Shown here in pieces: positions 10,540 through 18,577 of a stretch of DNA of 64,000 bases (its first letter is position 1; the number at the start of each line of letters is the position of its first letter). The stretch lies in the IMG/VR virus record IMGVR_UViG_3300010885_064671; one strand, given 5' to 3'. The stretch comes from a virus. Under the pieces are notes generated by a model, which worked only from the letters and a program-made list of their open reading frames with translations, ran no database searches and had not been told where the DNA came from. Position numbers and translations under genes: made by a program.

Positions 10540-11282
10540 GGCTTAATCCACCACTGTTTATTCTCATGTCTAACAAATCCTATCTCTACCAACAATGGAT
10601 CCCAGTCCCATTCGAATCTATTATTAATAGCAAGATGCATAGGGATAGAGTTCCCGTGTTCTAGATCCCCAATACCAAATGCATTGTTAGGTATAAATAC
10701 ACCATCTTTTCTAAGGCAAGCAAAAACTGCACGCGCCCAATCTTCAACGTTAACAACATGTTCTAAGAAATCTAGAGCCACAACTGCATCAAAACAATCA
10801 CTACCCAGTTTTGGTTCAAAATTATCCGTAAAAAGAGTTTCTATATTATAATTCCTATATGTTTCACCTCTTTTAAATCTAAACTGTGCAAAACCTGCAG
10901 TCTTGCTATTTTTTAGATCATGATACGTTGGGTTCAAACCCTCTTCGGCCATCCTAATGCAAAGGCTACCAATTCCATCTCCGATACTAAGAACATCTTT
11001 CTTGCCGGAATTCACAAGCCCTAAAGATATACCTTCACACATACCAGAGTAATTAAACCCGGGATCAAGATGGTAGGCGGAAAGCTCCCAAATATAAGAG
11101 TCCGTATTCCTATACCAGGATAACAAAGAATCTGGGTTATTGACATCTGTATTGGCATCATTAAAATCTTTTGCTACTTCATGATGATTGTAGTGAAATC
11201 CTTTTTCTAATCTCTGTCTAGTATACCCTTCTGGTACCTTGAGAAATTCTGCTATATCTTTTGTTTGTATCTCAATATCCAT
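10536..11282 (-). CDS. SAM-dependent methyltransferase
   Basis: VLSIGDGIGSLCIRMAEEGLNPTYHD ... DCFDAVVALDFLEHVVNVEDWARAVFACLRKDGVFI. Confidence 0.75.
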   Translation of the reverse strand: MDIEIQTKDIAEFLKVPEGYTRQRLEKGFHYNHHEVAKDFNDANTDVNNPDSLLSWYRNTDSYIWELSAYHLDPGFNYSGMCEGISLGLVNSGKKDVLSIGDGIGSLCIRMAEEGLNPTYHDLKNSKTAGFAQFRFKRGETYRNYNIETLFTDNFEPKLGSDCFDAVVALDFLEHVVNVEDWARAVFACLRKDGVFIPNNAFGIGDLEHGNSIPMHLAINNRFEWDWDPLLVEIGFVRHENKQWWIKP

Positions 11283-12062
11283 TTATGCTCCAAATTTAGT
11301 AGTAATTACATTGCCTTCTATTTGATTTTTAGGTGGTAATTCTTTTCTTACCAACATTCTTTGCACCCATCTATCTGTTCCATTATATCGTGGTTGGAAT
11401 GGTTTACGACCATGTATTGTATTGGAATTATCAATAATCAATAGATCACCAGATTTAAGTACAATTTCTTTTGTGCATTTTTGTATAGCCGAATTTAATT
11501 CGGACAAAGCTAACTGAGCATATTCATTAATACCCTGCATAAAGAAGCTGTCGTAAACAATTGTAAAATTTTTACCATCAGTGCTTAAGATCGGGATAAT
11601 AAACTCTTGCTGTATTTCACCGTGTGATCTGAAGCTATCATCTATTGCTGTTTTATACCAAGGTTTTTTTAATGTCTCTATAACCTGGATTGATAGTAGC
11701 TCAACAATATCTTCTACGTTTGCGTAAGTTGTTATCGCACTAGGATCGCCCCTTAGACAAAGTAGCAAAACATAATCCGGCTTATAGGGATGGAAAGCAC
11801 TTTCCGTATGCAATGCTAGTTCAACTTTTGATGAGGAAGAAATTTGTTCGTATTCAGTTTTGTGAACAGGAACAATATTCTGTATTAATTGTCCATCTTG
11901 CTCTTGAGCGTAGGCTACTGGATAACCCAGTTGATGCCCGTAGTGCAGTAATGTTGCTGCTGGTATTTTGACTAGCAGCTCATTGGTTGAGCGACCATTA
12001 GGTATTGATGGCGTTTTAGGTACAGCCCCAATACCTACGCCACCATGTAATTTAACTCCCAT
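11283..12062 (-). CDS. Fe(II)/2-oxoglutarate-dependent oxygenase, clavaminate-synthase / L-asparagine (arginine) hydroxylase-like
   Basis: HTESAFHPYKPDYVLLLCLRGDP ... LKSGDLLIIDNSNTIHGRKPFQPRYNGTDRWVQRMLV; HxE...H and IHGR..F..R pattern of the TauD/AsnO-type family. Confidence 0.75.
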   Translation of the reverse strand: MGVKLHGGVGIGAVPKTPSIPNGRSTNELLVKIPAATLLHYGHQLGYPVAYAQEQDGQLIQNIVPVHKTEYEQISSSSKVELALHTESAFHPYKPDYVLLLCLRGDPSAITTYANVEDIVELLSIQVIETLKKPWYKTAIDDSFRSHGEIQQEFIIPILSTDGKNFTIVYDSFFMQGINEYAQLALSELNSAIQKCTKEIVLKSGDLLIIDNSNTIHGRKPFQPRYNGTDRWVQRMLVRKELPPKNQIEGNVITTKFGA

Positions 12063-12063
12063 G

Positions 12064-12294
12064 TTAACCCGATAAAACTTTCCCTATTAGGAAATATAAT
12101 TTTGTTAGATCTTCTTGAGTTATACTAAAAACAAAATCTTTATTTTCTCTGGTATTAACAACAAAAGAATGTGCGTGGATTAATTCCCCTTCAGTGTTTA
12201 GCATGGCGGTGCTGTGGGAAACAGTGATCTGTTTAACCATTGGCATGAAGCCGCTAAAAGAATTATTTTCAATCATAAATTTCTTCAAAAACAT
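12064..12294 (-). CDS. Hypothetical protein
   Basis: 76 aa ORF colinear with the minus-strand operon. Confidence 0.5.
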   Translation of the reverse strand: MFLKKFMIENNSFSGFMPMVKQITVSHSTAMLNTEGELIHAHSFVVNTRENKDFVFSITQEDLTKLYFLIGKVLSG

Positions 12295-12443
12295 TCATAC
12301 CCATAAGTATACCATCTTATGAGAAGATAAGTGTTTTTATAGTTTTGTTATTATAAGATAAATTTCAAAAATATGTAGCCCTAAATATAGAAAATTTAAA
12401 CCCCAGCTTTTAAAAGATTGTTTATTAATTGACCAGCGCATAA

Positions 12444-12647
12444 TTATTTTCCTTTACTAATTTTTCTAAGAGTCTTTGCAAGAGAAGCTTGCTTGCGAGT
12501 GAGAGGGCTGTACTTACCTGGATTCTTTGATACAGCAGCTGCCATACCTGCTACGGATTTACCGGCCTTCTTAGCTTTAGCCGTAAAAGCTCCTGGTCTT
12601 TTAATCGCTCCAGCAATCCAATTCTTATCTGATTTCTTACTTGCCAT
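12444..12647 (-). CDS. Small very basic protein
   Basis: MASKKSDKNWIAGAIKRPGAFTAKAKKAGKS..SKNPGKYSPLTRKQASLAKTLRKISKGK. Confidence 0.6.
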   Translation of the reverse strand: MASKKSDKNWIAGAIKRPGAFTAKAKKAGKSVAGMAAAVSKNPGKYSPLTRKQASLAKTLRKISKGK

Positions 12648-13005
12648 CTTTAACTTTTTCTCCTGTTTTAAACTTTACATCATCTATATCAAATCCACCT
12701 AATGCGTGATCCCTAATATGGGTATCAAGCTTACCCTCTATTCTATCAACAGAATCATTTGTTTTGTCGATTGAGCGGCCGAGGCTTTTACCCAACTGCT
12801 GTATCATTGATACAACAGTTGCATGGTCTGCTTTGTTCTGCAACCATTCGGACCTTGCTTCTTCACCGCGCTTTTTTCCAGCTTTATAAACAAATTGTAG
12901 ATATGCTACTGCAATAAGACTACATGCAGTAATTAAAGTTACAATAATATTTTGCCAGTTGGTCATGTCGGCCGCTGGAGTAATAAGAGTTTCAGACCCA
13001 AACAT
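12637..13005 (-). CDS. Small single-TM protein, holin candidate next to the endolysin
   Basis: N-terminal TM segment WQNIIVTLITACSLIAVAYLQFVYKAG then charged tail; overlaps the end of the M15 endolysin gene. Confidence 0.5.
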   Translation of the reverse strand: MFGSETLITPAADMTNWQNIIVTLITACSLIAVAYLQFVYKAGKKRGEEARSEWLQNKADHATVVSMIQQLGKSLGRSIDKTNDSVDRIEGKLDTHIRDHALGGFDIDDVKFKTGEKVKDGK

Positions 13006-13759
13006 TACTTAAGGCCAAGCAGTTCTTCTACCTTCGGTCCAACAACCGAATCTGCATTGAGCTTATTGGCTACCTTAAAAGCTTTCACTGCTGCATCGGT
13101 CGCAGCGTCTTTCTGACCATTGATTAGACCCTTATAGAACCCCTTAGCCTTCAGAGCCTCTTGTAGAGCTTTGTGGTCATGGATAGGCGGTGTTGTGTTT
13201 AGGTTGACAATTGGTGCTACTCCGCCCATAAATGCTGCAACCGCAGCTGGAACATTATCTCCCGATACATAACGCAAATGCCATGGCTCTTCTGGAACAA
13301 CCTCCCACGAAAAACCAAAATCCTTAACATTAGCTATTAACCAATTAAGACGTTTAGGGTTGCCAGCATCACTAACATCAACTGCAATCCCGCAAGTTGT
13401 GCTGACTGGAACCCGGAGCAGCTAAGGGGGCGTTACCCTTTTTCAAATACCACTTCTTACCTTCATAAGTTCTTGTGCTCGAGCCGGCAATTTCTGCCAA
13501 CTGATAGCGCTGCATAAAGCCAGCAAGCTGCTGCTCTAGGGTTCTATATGTATCTCCGTGAAGAAGTTGGCTTTAGCTCAATGCCTTCAGCTGCAGCCTT
13601 GGTAACCATAGCTAGCCATGCATTTGCGGCAAGCTTGTGTAGCTTTCCTCCGCCCGGTATCGATACCAAAAGATTAGCTGGCAATTTCCCTGGAGTTACC
13701 CCTTTTAGATCTGCGGGCAACTTAACTGGAACGATGTAATCCCATGCAACCTTGCTCAT
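13005..13759 (-). CDS. M15-family endolysin (D-Ala-D-Ala carboxypeptidase-like) with C-terminal peptidoglycan-binding domain; needs two +1 shifts at CGG 13556..13558 and 13390..13392
   Basis: Fused translation: ..GIELKPTSS-(C)-GDTYRTLEQQLAGFMQRYQLAEIAGSSTRTYEGKKWYLKKGNAPLAAPGSSQHNL-(C)-GIAVDVSDAGNPKRLNWLIANVKDFGFSWEVVPEEPWHLRYVSGD..; HxxGxAxD and EPWHLRY motifs restored; C-terminal ALQEALKAKGFYKG..DAATDAAVKAFKVANKL..VVGPKVEELL. Confidence 0.85.
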
Positions 13760-13852
13760 AAAATAATCCTATCTTTGGAATAAATGGCTTTATATATTAG
13801 TAACTTTTATTTGCCAAAAAACCATGATTATCCATCAACATTGTAACATAAA

Positions 13853-13884
13853 AAAAACCCCCACCTTTAAGGGTGGGGGTTTAA
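13853..13884 (-). terminator. Rho-independent-type terminator hairpin
   Basis: Plus strand aaaaacccccacctttaagggtgggggttt; on the minus strand CCCCCACCCTTAAAGGTGGGGG followed by a T run, just downstream of the tiny-gene operon. Confidence 0.75.
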
Positions 13885-13896
13885 ATTATGAAAGAA

Positions 13897-14148
13897 TTAT
13901 TTCTTACCTTTTCCGGTACCAATCTTGCCCAAAACTTTTATTGGACGCTTAGCCATATTCATCTGACCAGAAGTAGCTGTTGGCTTAGGTGCAGTTACAC
14001 CTTTGCCTGCAGGCGTAATAACTTTGTTAGTGCCCGCTTGTTTAATCGGACGCATTGCCATTTTAGCTTGGCCTGGTGTAGCGGTAGGATCTGGTGCACT
14101 AAGCGAACCGCCTCCGCCCATTTTACTTTTTGATTTCTTCATAGCCAT
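13897..14148 (-). CDS. Small basic Pro/Lys-rich protein with internal duplication
   Basis: PDPTATPGQAKMAMRPIK and PKPTATSGQMNMAKRPIK repeats within 83 aa. Confidence 0.6.
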   Translation of the reverse strand: MAMKKSKSKMGGGGSLSAPDPTATPGQAKMAMRPIKQAGTNKVITPAGKGVTAPKPTATSGQMNMAKRPIKVLGKIGTGKGKK

Positions 14149-14152
14149 AATC

Positions 14153-14272
14153 CTATTTCTCCTTGGTTTTTTTATTAGTTTTTTTAACTGTAGCTTTTTT
14201 TTTAGCTACACTTTTAGTTTTATTTGCCACCTGCTTTTCAACAGAAGGTATGCTTTGTATGTATTTAGACAT
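14153..14272 (-). CDS. Tiny Lys-rich protein (39 aa)
   Basis: MSKYIQSIPSVEKQVANKTKSVAKKKATVKKTNKKTKEK*; tightly packed in a run of similar genes. Confidence 0.45.
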   Translation of the reverse strand: MSKYIQSIPSVEKQVANKTKSVAKKKATVKKTNKKTKEK

Positions 14273-14292
14273 AGTAACTATATTCCCTTAAA

Positions 14293-14454
14293 TTACTTCA
14301 TTCTTTTATAATTAGGTTTTGTAGTGCCTTCTTTTTTCTTGGGACCTTGTTTTTTAGCATCTGTTACTAATTTTGTTGATGGTTTACCTGCAAGAATAAG
14401 GGTAGCTGGTGCTGTTTTTTTTACATTTGTTAATTTACCCTTTTTAGCGGCCAT
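14293..14454 (-). CDS. Tiny Lys-rich protein
   Basis: MAAKKGKLTNVKKTAPATLILAGKPSTKLVTDAKKQGPKKKEGTTKPNYKRMK*. Confidence 0.5.
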   Translation of the reverse strand: MAAKKGKLTNVKKTAPATLILAGKPSTKLVTDAKKQGPKKKEGTTKPNYKRMK

Positions 14455-14455
14455 C

Positions 14456-14590
14456 TTATTTTCCCTTTTTCTTCTTAGCTATAGCTGCCTGTATAAACGG
14501 AGGAAGCTTCTTCTGCGATGCTGTCATACCAGCTTTTGCGGCTGGTGCCGGTACTTTTGCCATTTTTTTTGGTTGTTTTTTCATAGCCAT
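14456..14590 (-). CDS. Tiny Lys/Ala/Pro-rich protein
   Basis: MAMKKQPKKMAKVPAPAAKAGMTASQKKLPPFIQAAIAKKKKGK*. Confidence 0.5.
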   Translation of the reverse strand: MAMKKQPKKMAKVPAPAAKAGMTASQKKLPPFIQAAIAKKKKGK

Positions 14591-14599
14591 TGTGTTCTC

Positions 14600-14827
14600 C
14601 TATTTGGTTTTTTTATTTGTTGTTTTATGTGGGTGATCTTTATGCCATAATTTGGCAGACTTAACACCCTGTTTTACAGTCTTGACACCAGCTACTTTGG
14701 TAAGGTCAGCTTTTTTCCAAGCGCCCTTTTTTATACCTGGATGGTCAACAATCACATCACCAGTTTTATCTGTTTTAAAAACGTGTGTAACACCTGTGAT
14801 TTTTAATTTCTTTTTTTGAGTAGCCAT
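14600..14827 (-). CDS. Small basic protein
   Basis: 75 aa MATQKKKLKITGVTHVFKTDKTGDVIVDHPG.... Confidence 0.55.
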   Translation of the reverse strand: MATQKKKLKITGVTHVFKTDKTGDVIVDHPGIKKGAWKKADLTKVAGVKTVKQGVKSAKLWHKDHPHKTTNKKTK

Positions 14828-14967
14828 TACTTTTTCTTCTTTGATTTGTTTTTGTTAACTTTAGGAGACTTAACTGGTTTTGGTGCGTTCTTTAATTCAA
14901 CGCCGTACATAAAATTATTTTGGCCCATTCTAGGACCAGATATATAAATACGATTTCCCATAACCAT
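14827..14967 (-). CDS. Tiny protein with Lys-rich tail
   Basis: MVMGNRIYISGPRMGQNNFMYGVELKNAPKPVKSPKVNKNKSKKKK*; start/stop overlaps with neighbours. Confidence 0.45.
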   Translation of the reverse strand: MVMGNRIYISGPRMGQNNFMYGVELKNAPKPVKSPKVNKNKSKKKK

Positions 14968-15059
14968 TATTTTTTTTCTTTCTGTGCTGGTGGTTCACCT
15001 AAAACTTTTACAGGTGCTGAATTACCCTTAGAAACTTTTCTAAATTTAGCTAAAGACAT
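14967..15059 (-). CDS. Tiny basic protein (30 aa)
   Basis: MSLAKFRKVSKGNSAPVKVLGEPPAQKEKK*. Confidence 0.4.
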   Translation of the reverse strand: MSLAKFRKVSKGNSAPVKVLGEPPAQKEKK

Positions 15060-15065
15060 AGCTAT

Positions 15066-15335
15066 TTATTTAGTGGTTTTTTTTGGCTTAGCTTTTGCTG
15101 TTGGAGCTTTTGGTGCTGTTTTCTTTTTTGCATCTGATACAGCTTTTGTAGTTTCTTTTTTAGCATTCTTGGCAATATTGCTTGCAGCTACCTTAGCAAT
15201 AACAGCAACATCTTCTGCTTGATTTACTAATTCATCCAGCATTTTTGCCTGAGCTTTAGCGGCCGGACTATTTGGGTCTATTTTTTCAACACTGAAAAGA
15301 ACTGCTTTAAGTTTACTTGCTATTTTCTTAAACAT
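15066..15335 (-). CDS. Histone-H1-tail-like Lys/Ala/Pro-rich protein
   Basis: C-terminal AKNAKKETTKAVSDAKKKTAPKAPTAKAKPKKTTK. Confidence 0.6.
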   Translation of the reverse strand: MFKKIASKLKAVLFSVEKIDPNSPAAKAQAKMLDELVNQAEDVAVIAKVAASNIAKNAKKETTKAVSDAKKKTAPKAPTAKAKPKKTTK

Positions 15336-15416
15336 TTTTACCTCTGTTTGTATTTGGTTTGAATAATAATAGTAACATTATACTATGTAATATAGTAACT
15401 TGTAAAGTATTTTTTG

Positions 15417-15734
15417 CTATTTACCCTGCTGTGTATCTTTAATCAGGGAATATCTCTCCCCAGTTTCCCTAGAGACTAAAGAAAACGCTTCTGCCGCGCT
15501 CTTTTTAACTGCTTCAGAAAGAGCATCTATATCAGAAGCCTCTACACCAGACAAGGGAACTGTAAGGCAGGCGAAAATATCTATGTTCTCAAAATTGCCT
15601 ATATTTACTTTTCTGCCTACAGCTACAGTAAGGACTGGGTCTGTGGTAACGGTTACCTTTTGGTGAGTAGCTACAGTTGAATCCATAATTGGATTAAACG
15701 ATTGTTCTGCTGGACTTTCATTTATTTTAGGCAT
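15417..15734 (-). CDS. Hypothetical protein
   Basis: 105 aa ORF in a colinear operon. Confidence 0.5.
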   Translation of the reverse strand: MPKINESPAEQSFNPIMDSTVATHQKVTVTTDPVLTVAVGRKVNIGNFENIDIFACLTVPLSGVEASDIDALSEAVKKSAAEAFSLVSRETGERYSLIKDTQQGK

Positions 15735-16530
15735 TTGTGACTGATCCTATTCCGAGACACTCAAGAGTTGCCTCTACCTGTTGTTGTAAATTCATATTAT
15801 TTGTATCTATTATAGCAGATGCCAATGATCTTACCTCATCACAATCTTGCTCTGAACTATGGCCAGAATGATTCGATGACATTAACTGGCCGTCTCGTTT
15901 TATCAATCTGTCATCCAAAGTATCTTTGTCCGCATCAAAACTGATAACGAATCCGTTTGGTTGCTTCAATATACTTAAGGCCTCATTTTTATATCTAACA
16001 TCTGAAACAATAATACACATAGGCGTTAATGTGTCGGAGTATTTATCTGAATCCTCAGAGCGCCTAATAAACTGTCTATATAATTTATTGGCCTTAATAA
16101 TACCCCATGTAGAGAAACAGTTGCTATCAAACTCCCTACAAATATCACCAGCCTGCTGGAGAAAACCTCTAGGCTTTGTGCCTTCTAAGTCTATTGGAAG
16201 ATTATATATTTCTTTTACTTTTTTCACCAAGACGTCGTAATGCGGCATGTTGCCTATTGAGCTTCCCCCATAAACCTCATACAATACTTCATGAAGTGCA
16301 TGCAACTTTCTCGACTCTTCATTAATGCCAATTATGTTTCTTCTAATAGAAGCCATCTCGTAAAGTGGCAATGCGTAAAATATATGATCCCACAAAACTC
16401 CATATTTTACTAATTCCATAGAACCTTTAGGAATAATAGATTCTGCTACAGATGTTTTCCCGCTTCCAGCTTTTCCGGATAGACCAAGAATAATAGGTTG
16501 ATTGTGATGATCGTATATTTTCATATACAC
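15727..16530 (-). CDS. P-loop kinase, (deoxy)nucleoside monophosphate kinase-like
   Basis: ILGLSGKAGSGKTSVAESI Walker A near the N-terminus; IIVSDVRYKNEA..I and LIKRDG later. Confidence 0.65.
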   Translation of the reverse strand: MYMKIYDHHNQPIILGLSGKAGSGKTSVAESIIPKGSMELVKYGVLWDHIFYALPLYEMASIRRNIIGINEESRKLHALHEVLYEVYGGSSIGNMPHYDVLVKKVKEIYNLPIDLEGTKPRGFLQQAGDICREFDSNCFSTWGIIKANKLYRQFIRRSEDSDKYSDTLTPMCIIVSDVRYKNEALSILKQPNGFVISFDADKDTLDDRLIKRDGQLMSSNHSGHSSEQDCDEVRSLASAIIDTNNMNLQQQVEATLECLGIGSVTNA

Positions 16531-16541
16531 AGTATATCAGC

Positions 16542-16973
16542 TTATTGGTGTGTTTGTTTGTTTCTAATTTCCAACTCGTCTAAAAATGCATTTGCCAAAG
16601 CATCAGGCTCCCATACAAAAGATCTAGGAACTTGCAATATTCTAAAATTATACTCAGATCTTATATCTTCTATCGTCATCAACAATGGTATTAAAAGTTT
16701 ATTTTTGCATTCCCATTTTCCAGATATTTGATTTGCGACAACCGCAGAATCAGTATATATAATGGGGTCTACTAAATCTGCCATTGCAGATATTAAAAGA
16801 CCAGCTATAACCGCTTCGTATTCAGCCTCATTATTCCCTCTTGGACCAAGTCCTCTTGAAAATTGAGCTATTTTTTTTCTATTTTTATATACAACAACAG
16901 AGCACGCTGCTTCCCCAACTTTTTTTTGACCTTGCCCCCTTGATGCACCATCACAAAATACTTCAAAGTTCAT
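16542..16973 (-). CDS. Ribonuclease HI-like
   Basis: NFEVFCDGASRGQGQKKVGEAACSVVVY ... NNEAEYEAVIAGL ... IYTDSAVVANQ ... EPDALANAFLDE. Confidence 0.85.
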   Translation of the reverse strand: MNFEVFCDGASRGQGQKKVGEAACSVVVYKNRKKIAQFSRGLGPRGNNEAEYEAVIAGLLISAMADLVDPIIYTDSAVVANQISGKWECKNKLLIPLLMTIEDIRSEYNFRILQVPRSFVWEPDALANAFLDELEIRNKQTHQ

Positions 16974-17182
16974 TAGTCAACTTTCACATTGCAAGGTATT
17001 CCCAGCTCAGTTGCCCTATCTAGCACATTCTTTTCCTGGGTAATACCATTGGCCATGTGCGTTGCAGACAAGAGATACCTTTCGCCTTTATATTCTACCT
17101 GTGTTGGAAAATCTAAATTTTCTCTTTTTTGGGAATAAAATTCCTTGGCTTTATTAACCGCTTTATAATAACCTATAAACAT
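16973..17182 (-). CDS. Hypothetical protein
   Basis: 69 aa ORF abutting the RNase H gene. Confidence 0.5.
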   Translation of the reverse strand: MFIGYYKAVNKAKEFYSQKRENLDFPTQVEYKGERYLLSATHMANGITQEKNVLDRATELGIPCNVKVD

Positions 17183-17193
17183 ATATATCTCCT

Positions 17194-17709
17194 CTAATAT
17201 GTAGTAAAATCACTTTCGAGATAATGACCTTTACTTTCTCTAGATGCAGCTATCTGCATTGATTGCACTTTGTCCATTAGTTTTCTGGCAGACTCAGAAG
17301 CTATTCTAGCTGCGCCTTCCATGGATTCTGCTAAACTCAATATTGCTTCACAAGTTATAAGAGCAGAGTACTCGTCTTCAGCTGCCTCCATTGCGGCGGC
17401 TTCTCTTTCTGCTTCATTCTTTCCAACTCTAGAAGATTTATACTTTTTCTTATATTTACCTTCCATAAGCTTATAGTTTGCTCTAGCCATACCAGCAAAT
17501 CTTGCGGCTCTACCATAAACATTTGAAGTTTTAGCTACCAAAGATGCAAGATTATCAAGACCAAGGTCTATCGTATCTTCGTCTGGTATCTCTATGAAGT
17601 ATTTATTACTTAATCCTGACTCGGCATAGGAGGTTATCACTTCCTGGATTTGTGGTCCAAGAAAGTCGGATAATAACTGTTGTAATTTTTCTAGAGTTTG
17701 GTTATTCAT
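17194..17709 (-). CDS. Hypothetical protein
   Basis: 171 aa ORF overlapping the end of the sigma-like gene. Confidence 0.6.
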   Translation of the reverse strand: MNNQTLEKLQQLLSDFLGPQIQEVITSYAESGLSNKYFIEIPDEDTIDLGLDNLASLVAKTSNVYGRAARFAGMARANYKLMEGKYKKKYKSSRVGKNEAEREAAAMEAAEDEYSALITCEAILSLAESMEGAARIASESARKLMDKVQSMQIAASRESKGHYLESDFTTY

Positions 17710-18577
17710 TTATCTTTCCTTTTTAAATTTAGCTCTTTTATTAACCCAGCCATTTCTGGATCATCTAATATTATTTCTTGCAATTTTAATCTTGCGTTCT
17801 TTAAATGCTCCCTTACTGTATTGGGATGCTCATTTATTTTAAGGGATATTTCACTTGATCTTTTGCCATCTATATATCTCCATTTTATTAACTGTCTTTC
17901 TTGGATAGTCAATTTATCAAATGGTGGAAAATTATTATCTCCAGCCACCCAAGATTCATCTATATCCTCAGCTGCCAACAAAGATTCCATAGAATATTCT
18001 TTTGGTTCAGCTTTAAAACCTACTTGAAAATTTTCACTATCAGGATCTGTATCGGCGTCGTCATCAATGAGTGGAAATGTTTTTCTTCCTAATTGATCTA
18101 TTAAAAATATATCTACGTTTTTCTTTAAAAGATAAAAGAAATAACTATACAAGAACCCGGCTAAAAGGTATTGGTCCTTTTGCGGAATCTTTCTTCTCAT
18201 ACCTATTAATGCATTGGAAGAAGGTTACATCTATAGTCTGACGAATATCCTCCTCTGCTCCGTATCGTTTAGCCATGTATACTATACCACCCATTATGTC
18301 TGAAACTTCTTTATGGTCTTTTTTAGCTAATTTATTTCTCATCAAAGAAGTTCTAACATAAGGATTTTTTACAAAAAGACTTATGAACCTTCTGATATCA
18401 TAGTCGGCTAAATTATATCTACCATAATAGATCAAAGCAACATACTTACTTAGGAAATTGCTGAATACTTTTAGCAACTCTAACTTAGCTTTATGGTCAC
18501 CGGCCTTTTGCTTTGGCTATTAACTCCTGCATCTCGTGCTCTTCGAGCGTGTAATACTGCTCTTTATATGCAGCCAT
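17706..18577 (-). CDS. Sigma-70-family-like transcription factor; one gene needing two +1 shifts at CGG 18500..18502 and 18157..18159
   Basis: MAAYKEQYYTLEEHEMQELIAKAKG-(C)-GDHKAKLELLKVFSNFLSKYVALIYYGRYNLADYD..IRQTIDVTFFQCINRYEKKDSAKGPIPFS-(C)-GFLYSYFFYLLKKNVDIFLIDQ..; C-terminal sigma region-4-like HTH FDKLTIQERQLIKWRYIDGKRSSEISLKINEHPNTVREHLKNARLKLQ. Confidence 0.8.

Noticed and set aside
12300-12440. Possible promoter/operator palindrome cataagtataccatcttatg
   Set aside because: Imperfect and AT-rich, no comparative or positional evidence sufficient to call a regulatory site.
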